NCBI GenBank assembly: GCA_963666285.1
Contig: OY762711.1
Direction: 5' to 3' (one strand)
Origin: Sedimentisphaerales bacterium
Lineage (GTDB): Bacteria; Planctomycetota; Phycisphaerae; Sedimentisphaerales; SM23-30
DNA: 64,000 bases
Part shown: piece by piece, positions 56,386 through 64,000 of the stretch
Numbering within the stretch: position 1 is the stretch's first letter
Layout of the letters: each line of letters begins with the position of its first letter
The notes under the pieces: model-generated
Told to the model about the DNA's origin: nothing
Seen by the model: only the letters and a program-made list of their open reading frames with translations
Database searches by the model: none
Translations under genes and position numbers: made by a program

Positions 56386-58473
56386 ATGAACAGGCTATTG
56401 AAAGTATTTTTTGTATTGATGATGGGAGCAGCTACTGTAAATGCTGCCAGTATTGCTATGAACTTTATTGAAAACGCTTCAAATCAGGTTTTTAGTGGAG
56501 AAGAGTTAATTGGTCCAACAGATATAGACAGCAGCAATTGGAATAGTTCAGCTGATTCCAGCGACCTTGCTAATGGTACACTTAGTGATATGGTTGACGA
56601 TTCCGGCATGGCAACTACAGCAAATGTAACCTGGGTTTCTCCTAATACCTGGTATAATGGTTCAGGTACTGGTAGTGATGAGGCCAAGTTGACAGTTGGT
56701 TTTCTAGATGATAGTAATGGCGGTGCATATATTACAGTAAGCGATATTCCGTATGAAGTATATAATGTATACGTATTGCTGAATATTACCCCGAGTACCA
56801 GTGATTTCTTTCATTCGGATGTGATTGTTAATGGTGTGCAGTATTTCAATCAAGGTGGATATTTTCCTGTGCATGCCGGTGTTGTTGATGGAACAGGTTG
56901 GGTAGAATGTGATGGGACAGTTTATGGTAATTATCTAAAAGTGTCAGGTGAAATTGGTACTGAGTTAGTTGTAGATTCAATCGGTTATCTTGGTGGTATT
57001 GAAGGTGAACCTTATACAAATGCCAGAGGTGGTATTTCTGGTATAATTATCGAAGAAGTACCTGTGACTACCTATAATCGTATTCCAGAAAACAGAAAAG
57101 ACTTAGTTCCGTTGGATCAGGTACTTAGCTGGGAAGTTGGAGAAGGTGTAACTACAATTGATCTTTATCTGGGTGAGGACCCCAATTGTGATGCAACTGG
57201 AGATTTAAGGTTAGATAGTGTGGCTGCATCAACAGTTACTTATGATGCAACCGGTGTTTTAGATTTTGATAAAACATATTACTGGAGAATAGATACATAT
57301 AATTCTGCTAATAGAAAAACTGAAGGCTATGTGACAAGTTTTATAACAAAACCAGCTACGCCGGTAGTTGGTGACGTTCAACCAGCAATAGTAGCTGTAA
57401 GACCAGGTTATAGTCAAACACTTACAGTGTCTACACTTTATCAGGATACTTGTCAATGGTACAAAGACGGTCAGGCAATTTCAGATAACGGCATATATTC
57501 AGGAACCAATTCTGACACTTTGGAAATATTAAGTATGGCTGATAGTGCTGTAGGAGTTTATACTTGCGTTGCGACAAATCCTGCCGGATCAGTGACTTCG
57601 AACGTTGGTGGTGAAGTAGTTAAGGGTGAACTACTTATGCATTATCCTTTTGATGAAGTTATTTATGATTCGCAAGCAGGGAGTGTTGTTACTCCAGATA
57701 TTGCCTCTGGAGTTGATCTTAGTTTACAAGGTTCAGGTCCTGTAAATTCTATTGAAGGTGTTTATGACGGTATTGCCGGTGAAGGTTCAATCTTATTTGA
57801 TAATAGTGATGAGAGTGATCCAAATGCTTCTTATACATATGCTTCTGCTGAAGGATTTGATTTTGGTAATAAACTTAAGTCAAGTATTACGGTTGAATTT
57901 TGGGCCGCTATGATTGATGGAGGGTTAAATTATAGTGGTGATACTCCATTCTGGGCATCTCAGTCTGATTCAATTGAAGAAAAAGATCCAAGAGCGATGA
58001 ATGTGCATTTGCCTTGGGGTAATAATATTACCTGGAACACTGAAAATGGGGATGAGTTAACTGTTAATATCAATGATAACCCTTCAATTCCGTTGGGTTC
58101 CAGTGATTGGCATTACTGGGTGTTTACCAAGGATTGCAATTCAGGTGTAATGAAAATTTACATTGATGGTGAACTTCTTGCTACCAAAACTGATACATTT
58201 ACATTGCTTAATAGCTTCAAGTGGATTTCTATTGCCGAGCTGGATTACTTTAGTGGCTATCTTGATGATATGAAAGTTTATAATTATGCACGTACAACTG
58301 ATGATATTGCCCAGGACTATATGGCAGCTACAGGAGCTGAATACGTGTGTGATAAAGAAGGTAATGCTGATTTGACTTATGATTTTGACAATAATTGCAG
58401 AGTTGACATACTTGACTTTGCAACTTTTGCGTCAACCTGGTTAAATGATAATCGTATTTACTCTAATCGTTAA
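56386..58473 (+). CDS. Secreted Ig + LamG-like protein with dockerin-like tail
   Basis: YYWRID, QWYKDG..GVYTC Ig domain, WHYW..YIDG..G.LDD..VYN LamG, DFDNNCRVDILDFATFASTWL. Confidence 0.85.
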   Translation: MNRLLKVFFVLMMGAATVNAASIAMNFIENASNQVFSGEELIGPTDIDSSNWNSSADSSDLANGTLSDMVDDSGMATTANVTWVSPNTWYNGSGTGSDEAKLTVGFLDDSNGGAYITVSDIPYEVYNVYVLLNITPSTSDFFHSDVIVNGVQYFNQGGYFPVHAGVVDGTGWVECDGTVYGNYLKVSGEIGTELVVDSIGYLGGIEGEPYTNARGGISGIIIEEVPVTTYNRIPENRKDLVPLDQVLSWEVGEGVTTIDLYLGEDPNCDATGDLRLDSVAASTVTYDATGVLDFDKTYYWRIDTYNSANRKTEGYVTSFITKPATPVVGDVQPAIVAVRPGYSQTLTVSTLYQDTCQWYKDGQAISDNGIYSGTNSDTLEILSMADSAVGVYTCVATNPAGSVTSNVGGEVVKGELLMHYPFDEVIYDSQAGSVVTPDIASGVDLSLQGSGPVNSIEGVYDGIAGEGSILFDNSDESDPNASYTYASAEGFDFGNKLKSSITVEFWAAMIDGGLNYSGDTPFWASQSDSIEEKDPRAMNVHLPWGNNITWNTENGDELTVNINDNPSIPLGSSDWHYWVFTKDCNSGVMKIYIDGELLATKTDTFTLLNSFKWISIAELDYFSGYLDDMKVYNYARTTDDIAQDYMAATGAEYVCDKEGNADLTYDFDNNCRVDILDFATFASTWLNDNRIYSNR

Positions 58474-58486
58474 TAAATTTATGGTA

Positions 58487-58517
58487 ATTGGGGCTTTTCT
58501 TTATGAAAAGCCCCAAT
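58487..58517. other. Intercistronic hairpin
   Basis: attggggcttttc/gaaaagccccaat 13-bp stem. Confidence 0.7.
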
Positions 58518-58535
58518 ACTACACAAGGAAAAGAT

Positions 58536-59330
58536 ATGAAACGTCAGAAAAAAGCTTTTACTCTTATTGAATTATTAGTTGTTATTTCAATAATAGCCCT
58601 ATTAGTTTCAATTTTAATGCCAGCATTAAATAGGGCAAAAGAACAAGCTAAAAATGTTTTATGTTTGACTAATGTCAGATCGTTATCGATTGGTTATCAG
58701 ATGTTTAATGATGAAAATGATGAAAAAGGTGTTACCTATAATAGCAATGGTCAAAACAATTTATGGCTTGAGCAGGTTGCCAAAAAATTAAGTAATATCG
58801 ATGAGGTTCGTTATTGTCCATCAACAAGAGATAATCAGGTTGTCGCTACAACCGGGCATATTGCAGGTTCTGCCAAGGAATACTGGGGGTGGTATGATTC
58901 TTCCCCTGAAGGTTCTAGCATATCATTTGGGTCATATGGCCTTAATGGCTGGTTGTATAATGATTCTGATTTATCAGGGATAACAGCCAATTGGACAAAA
59001 AACAAATTTGGTAAAGGTGCCGGAATGAAACATACTGCAGAAGTTCCTGTATTTTTTGATAGTGTGTGGATAGACGCCTGGCCAAATCATGGAGATACAG
59101 TTGCTGCTGATTTTGATCTTGACCAGACAAGTCAAAGCTTGCCAAATAATATGATGTGTCGTTTAATGGTAAATCGTCATTCAGGAAATCTTCCTGTATC
59201 ATTTGTTGACGGTCATATTGAAGAGATAGCTCTGAAAAGAATGTGGTCTTTAAAATGGAATAAAAATTTCCAAAGATTTCATGAAGACAAAACTCGTCAG
59301 GGCGGTACTCCGATTTATAAAAAAAATTAG
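58536..59330 (+). CDS. Prepilin-type N-methylation domain protein (DUF1559/H-X9-DG type)
   Basis: KKAFTLIELLVVISIIALL, SYGLN, RHSGNLPVSFVDGH; AAGGA SD before ATG 58536. Confidence 0.9.
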   Translation: MKRQKKAFTLIELLVVISIIALLVSILMPALNRAKEQAKNVLCLTNVRSLSIGYQMFNDENDEKGVTYNSNGQNNLWLEQVAKKLSNIDEVRYCPSTRDNQVVATTGHIAGSAKEYWGWYDSSPEGSSISFGSYGLNGWLYNDSDLSGITANWTKNKFGKGAGMKHTAEVPVFFDSVWIDAWPNHGDTVAADFDLDQTSQSLPNNMMCRLMVNRHSGNLPVSFVDGHIEEIALKRMWSLKWNKNFQRFHEDKTRQGGTPIYKKN

Positions 59331-59393
59331 GGCTACCACAAAAACAATGTTATTTGAAACTAAGAGTCAAAACTACCGGCTTTTTAGCATAAA

Positions 59394-59442
59394 GTTAATA
59401 TGTAAAGTAAGTTATCCTTATTAAATTACTTTATATATTAAC
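59394..59442. other. AT-rich 17-bp inverted repeat after the pilin gene
   Basis: gttaatatgtaaagtaa / ttactttatatattaac (one G-T pair). Confidence 0.6.
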
Positions 59443-59551
59443 ATCTTATTACCGCAGCCTGGCAATCAGGTAAAATATTAATGTTTTAAATTATTTATTT
59501 GTATAAAATAAATGCCATCCCAGAAGAACTAAATCAATCCAAAGGGCCATT

Positions 59552-62269
59552 GTGAAAGATAAAACAATATTTAAGTTTTTTTTGTTGATTTTTGCATTTG
59601 TTGTTTTTTATTCCTTAGAAATAAATGCAGCATCTTCTCAATATAGTTCAATTAAATTATCTGATCTGGATCTAACCTGTATGTCACAGGGCTGGGGTAG
59701 TCCCGGAAAAAATACATCTGTTGCGGGTAATAAGCTAAGTATTGCCAATAAATCTTACGAGCATGGTATTGGGACCCATTCTGCCAGTTATTATGAGATC
59801 AATCTTTTTGGTAGTGGTAAGCAGTTTGAGGCTTTTGTTGGTGTTGATAGTGAGTCTGGCAATCTTGGTTCAGTAGAATTTGTGATTAAGCTAGATGGTA
59901 AGCATGCTTGGACTAGCGGAATAATGAAAGGGGGACAGCCGGCAAAGAAGGTTCAGTTAGCTTTGGATGGGAAAAAAAGAATGACTTTGATAGTCAGTTC
60001 TGTTGAAGATGACAGGTATGATCATGCAGATTGGGCAGATGCTGTGATTACCTATGTCGGCAAGAAACCAGCAGCATATCAAGAGGAATATTCTTTTCCG
60101 GCTCCGAAAGAGCTTCCGGGAGGTCCGTCAAATGCACCGGCAGAGATTGTTATTGATGAAAACAACAAAAGTATAAAAATTAAATACGATCATACCCCGC
60201 TTCTAGTTGCAGAATTTGATAATTCAGCCATTATCAGTTCTTCCTCTAAAGGTGATAATGCGATAGAGCAGCAGATTAACATTTCTTTTGATAAAGATTC
60301 AAATTTCGAAGCTGTTGTATATGGCAGTTGTGAGGCTCTGGCGGTAGAAACACTCGGAAAGGCACAGAAGAAGTTTCCTTTAGTCCGAACGTCACATGGC
60401 TTGAGTAATAATTTGCGTAATAATGCTATCTATGATAGAAATCTGGATTGGATGCTGGAAGCTCCAGAAGGTACCGTCATAACTTCTTCTAGAAATAGTG
60501 ATGGAACAACAATATTCAGGCTTACATGTTCTTCCAGAAAGATTACATTAACCTTCCGACCTCGTTATTATCAGAAACATAAAAATCTGCCATATTTTCA
60601 GCCATGGACTTACAGGGTTCGTAAAGACAGTATCACAGGATGGTGTACCTGGTGGGCGTATATGCGTAGCTGTAGGCAGGAAAATGTGGATGAGTTGATT
60701 CATGCCTGGCAGGATAAAAATCTGGCTGATTACGGATATAGATTTATTCAACTCGATGATGTTTATCAGGGCGGGGTAGATGCAGAGCGGCAGATTCCGG
60801 TAAATGCAATGCGAAATTATATTGGAGGCAGACCTGAAACATGGCTTGAGTGGAAGCGTGAATTATTTCCGGGAGGTATGACAGGGTATTATAATTCTGT
60901 TGATCGGGCAGGCTTTGAACCTGGATTATGGATGGGGTGCTTTTTTACAGATAAGGAAATTGCTGATTCTCATTCTGATTGGTTTGTACTTGGCAGTGAT
61001 GGTAAGCCTTTTGTTGGGAAATGGGTTACTTACGTGGTTGATTCTACTAATCCTGAAGCAGCGGACGCCTTGATAAGGCCGACTTTCAGAGGATTAAGAA
61101 ATGCAGGCTTTAAGTATCTTAAAATAGATCAGCTCCGTCACATGCTTTACGATAATCTGAACTTGAATCTAAACTATATGATTCAAAGTGGGAAAAGGCC
61201 TGACGATATTTTTCGGGCATATCTGTCAATTGCCAGGGAAGAATTAGGTGATGATTGTTTTATACTGTCTTGCTGGGGTGTGTTGCCGGAATCTATCGGT
61301 CTGGCGGATGCGTGTCGTATTGGTGGTGATGGTTATGGTCCTGTCACCATGCAGCAGTATAATTCCTGGAATGGTATTGTCTGGCGAAATGATCCTGATC
61401 ATTGTGATGTGTCTCCGCAGAAAGCCGGACAGGGAATAGGTAATGTTACTGAAACAAAAGCGGTTCAAGCGTTGGAAAATGATTCTATCATTCGACCCGC
61501 TCTGGCATCTATTGCCGGATGTGTGCTTATGTTAAGCGACAAACCTGAAATATATCTGGATGATCTGAATCTGAGAGGTGTGCGTCGATCATCTCCGGTT
61601 CTATTTTCTGTTCCGGGACAGCTTTATGATTTTGATCCGGTGAAAACAGACAATATAAAAAAGATTGATCGTTCCAATGTAAAAGGTGGTACGTCGGTTT
61701 CTGGTATTGATGCCGACCAGTTTGGTCAGGTTTGTCCATTCTGGTTGAATGAATTTAACAAGCCTTTTGAAAACTGGTATGTTTTACATAGGTTAAACTG
61801 GACTGATAATGCAGCACAGTCAGCTAAACCCGTTTCTGTAGATTTTGCTGATTTAGGTTTGGCGGCAAATAAAGAATACCTTGTTTATGAATTCTGGTCT
61901 GATATTTTTCTTGGAGTTTGCCGTACAAGTGTGGATTTGGCCGGTTTGAAGCCGATGGGAATCGAATCAATAGCTATCAGGGAAAATACTGGTCACCCTC
62001 AATTGATTTCTACCAATAGACACTTATCGCAAGGGGCAGTTGATATAGAGCAACTTCAATGGTCTGATTTGAACCTTAGGGGGCGAAGCCGTGTGGTCTG
62101 TGGTGACCGGTATGTAATTTCGATATATATTCCTGATGGTTACCAGTTTAATTCTGCTCTAATTAATAATGAGCTTGCGGAATATGAAATTATTGATGAG
62201 AATATACTAAAAATTTCATTTTTTCCCAAAGAGACAGCCTCTGTTGCGTGGGAGATTAGTTTTTTTTAG
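59552..62269 (+). CDS. NPCBM + GH36-like alpha-galactosidase
   Basis: GIGTH, DHADW NPCBM; GWCTWW, IQLDD, YLKID, RIGGD, NDPD. Confidence 0.83.
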   Translation: MKDKTIFKFFLLIFAFVVFYSLEINAASSQYSSIKLSDLDLTCMSQGWGSPGKNTSVAGNKLSIANKSYEHGIGTHSASYYEINLFGSGKQFEAFVGVDSESGNLGSVEFVIKLDGKHAWTSGIMKGGQPAKKVQLALDGKKRMTLIVSSVEDDRYDHADWADAVITYVGKKPAAYQEEYSFPAPKELPGGPSNAPAEIVIDENNKSIKIKYDHTPLLVAEFDNSAIISSSSKGDNAIEQQINISFDKDSNFEAVVYGSCEALAVETLGKAQKKFPLVRTSHGLSNNLRNNAIYDRNLDWMLEAPEGTVITSSRNSDGTTIFRLTCSSRKITLTFRPRYYQKHKNLPYFQPWTYRVRKDSITGWCTWWAYMRSCRQENVDELIHAWQDKNLADYGYRFIQLDDVYQGGVDAERQIPVNAMRNYIGGRPETWLEWKRELFPGGMTGYYNSVDRAGFEPGLWMGCFFTDKEIADSHSDWFVLGSDGKPFVGKWVTYVVDSTNPEAADALIRPTFRGLRNAGFKYLKIDQLRHMLYDNLNLNLNYMIQSGKRPDDIFRAYLSIAREELGDDCFILSCWGVLPESIGLADACRIGGDGYGPVTMQQYNSWNGIVWRNDPDHCDVSPQKAGQGIGNVTETKAVQALENDSIIRPALASIAGCVLMLSDKPEIYLDDLNLRGVRRSSPVLFSVPGQLYDFDPVKTDNIKKIDRSNVKGGTSVSGIDADQFGQVCPFWLNEFNKPFENWYVLHRLNWTDNAAQSAKPVSVDFADLGLAANKEYLVYEFWSDIFLGVCRTSVDLAGLKPMGIESIAIRENTGHPQLISTNRHLSQGAVDIEQLQWSDLNLRGRSRVVCGDRYVISIYIPDGYQFNSALINNELAEYEIIDENILKISFFPKETASVAWEISFF

Positions 62270-62349
62270 TAGGTAATAATTAGCTGATAAACTATATATG
62301 TTAAATGCAATATAAATAATCCAGATTTATAATAATTGTTAAAACTTAA

Positions 62350-62510
62350 GGCCACCTCTAAAAATTCATTTTAAGCGAGAGATGGATCTTTTGCTTGCTG
62401 GTCTACGTCAGATAAAACCGCGAATATAGCCCAATATGCACGATTTTATCTTTCTTGCCAGCAAACAAAATACCTCACCTTCGCAATAAAAGCAATTTCC
62501 AGAGGTACCC
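62350..62510 (+). mobile_element. 161-bp MITE, copy 3
   Basis: ggccacctctaaaaatt...aatttccagaggtaccc; TTAA duplicated at 62346-62349 and 62511-62514. Confidence 0.85.
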
Positions 62511-62602
62511 TTAAAATAAAAATGAGAAGATTGTGGATATTACTGTGCCAGTAAGTGGCTTGAACGTTATTAATTTTGATATTAAATCTAGAGGAAAGTT
62601 TC

Positions 62603-64000
62603 ATGAGAAAAATCTTACTATTGTTGTTTTCATTTGTAATGACTGTTCATGCGGCAGAAAAATCTGTTTGGCTGGATGAGTTAAATATTAAAGCTATGTC
62701 GTCAGGCTGGGGGGCAACTAAAGCTAATCTTTCAGTTGGTGGTAATACCATTAATATTGCCGGCGAAAAATATGAACGTGGGATAGGTACTCATGCAGTA
62801 AGTGAAATCAATGTAAAACTAGATGGAAAAGCCGTGAAGTTTACAGCTAATGTAGGTCTTGACAATGAGGTGTCAAGCGTTGGCAGCGTTGTTTTTATTG
62901 TTTTAGGCGATGATAATGAGCTATTTAATAGCGGGCTTATGAGTAATAATGTTAAAGCTGCTCCGGTTGATGTTTCTTTAACCGGTATTAAGCTGCTGAG
63001 ACTGCTGGTAAGTGATAATGGTGATGGTATGAATTACGATCATGCTGACTGGGCGATGGCAAAAATAACATATTCCGGAGCCAAGCCGACAATTGTTGAA
63101 CCGGTTAGGCCGGAGCCATATATTTTGACACCCAAACCGGGGCCTAAGCCACGTATCACCGGGCCAAAAATCTTTGGAGCTCGTCCGGGAAATCCATTTT
63201 TGTTTACTGTAACCGCTACAGGTGATCGTCCTATGGAATTTAAGGTCGATGGGCTTCCTGTCGGCTTGAAGCTGGATTCTGAAACCGGTCGTATCACTGG
63301 TACAGTTGTTGATAAAGGAGAATTTATTACAACAGTAATTGCATCAAATTCCAAAGGTAAGGCAAAACGAAAGTTCAAAATTGTTATCGGTGATACAATA
63401 TGTTTGACACCTCCAATGGGATGGAACAGCTGGAATTGCTGGGCCAGAGCTGTTGATGACCAGAAAATTAGAGATGCAGCCAAGTCTATCAAGGATTCAG
63501 GGCTGATCAATCATGGCTGGTCATATATTAATATTGATGACTGCTGGATGCGTAAGCTTAATCTTGAGAAAAGGGATGAGGTTGATTATTCAAGTAAAGA
63601 CTGGTATAAATCCCTGGTTTCAGATGATGCGGTATTAGGCGGTTCTGCTCGAGATGAAGAAGGCAATCTTGTTCCCAATAATGATTTTCCAGATATGGTT
63701 GCGTTGACTGAATATATCCATAATCTGGGGTTGAAAGCCGGTATATACATTGGTCCCGGCCCCTGGACATGCCAGGGATATGTCGCTTCCTGGAAATATG
63801 AAGATCAGGATGCGGCATCATTTGCCGAATGGGGTTTTGATTATCTCAAGTACGATTGGTGTGGCTATAGCCAGGTTTCCGGCAACCAGACGCTGGAAGA
63901 GCTGAAAAAGCCGTATGAGGTCATGCGTGATGCGTTAGGCAAGCAACCGAGGGATATTGTGTATAGTCTATGTCAATATGGCTGGGGTGATGTTTATGAA
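62603..64000 (+). CDS. NPCBM + Ig-like + GH27 alpha-galactosidase, 3'-truncated by the window edge
   Basis: Manual translation (absent from ORF track): MRKILLLLF signal, GIGTHA, DHADW, TPPMGWNSWN, INIDDCW, DYLKYDWC; GAGGA SD. Confidence 0.92.
   Translation, partial: MRKILLLLFSFVMTVHAAEKSVWLDELNIKAMSSGWGATKANLSVGGNTINIAGEKYERGIGTHAVSEINVKLDGKAVKFTANVGLDNEVSSVGSVVFIVLGDDNELFNSGLMSNNVKAAPVDVSLTGIKLLRLLVSDNGDGMNYDHADWAMAKITYSGAKPTIVEPVRPEPYILTPKPGPKPRITGPKIFGARPGNPFLFTVTATGDRPMEFKVDGLPVGLKLDSETGRITGTVVDKGEFITTVIASNSKGKAKRKFKIVIGDTICLTPPMGWNSWNCWARAVDDQKIRDAAKSIKDSGLINHGWSYINIDDCWMRKLNLEKRDEVDYSSKDWYKSLVSDDAVLGGSARDEEGNLVPNNDFPDMVALTEYIHNLGLKAGIYIGPGPWTCQGYVASWKYEDQDAASFAEWGFDYLKYDWCGYSQVSGNQTLEELKKPYEVMRDALGKQPRDIVYSLCQYGWGDVYE

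Noticed and set aside
21019..62510. 161-bp repeats as CRISPR or riboswitch
   Set aside because: Copies are dispersed, in both orientations, with TIRs and target duplications. No repeat-spacer array or cas genes in the window.

Overview
AT-rich bacterial chromosomal window, most likely from a planctomycete of class Phycisphaerae (Sedimentisphaerales-like). This is inferred from a LEPRxLL export motif, a prepilin/H-X9-DG protein, an ECF sigma-FecR pair and dockerin-like C-terminal tails. Contents in order: the 3' part of a large haemagglutinin-like exoprotein; lexA-ispF-rph; a hybrid kinase; an operon of two secreted TPR proteins sharing an N-terminal module, a TPR-bearing sensor kinase, several small ORFs and an OmpR-type regulator; a nitrogen island (NagD-like HAD hydrolase plus two amtB-glnK operons, each with a sigma54-like promoter); a GLUG protein; anSME; tRNA-Lys; truD; kdsA; GH105; a secreted caspase-like protease; tRNA-Leu; carA; a TrpR-like gene; a degenerate GGDEF/HD-GYP protein; an rnfDGEA cluster without rnfB/C, with a frameshifted rnfE and a structured GC-rich insert; a CHASE kinase with a solute-binding protein; a DUF5722-like hydrolase; an IS630 abutting an IS66 tnpA relic; and an ECF/FecR/LamG/pilin/alpha-galactosidase glycan locus that runs off the end. 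Three 161-bp MITE copies with 4-bp target duplications and covarying hairpin structure are dispersed in the window. All calls come from reading motifs by eye; no database searches were run.
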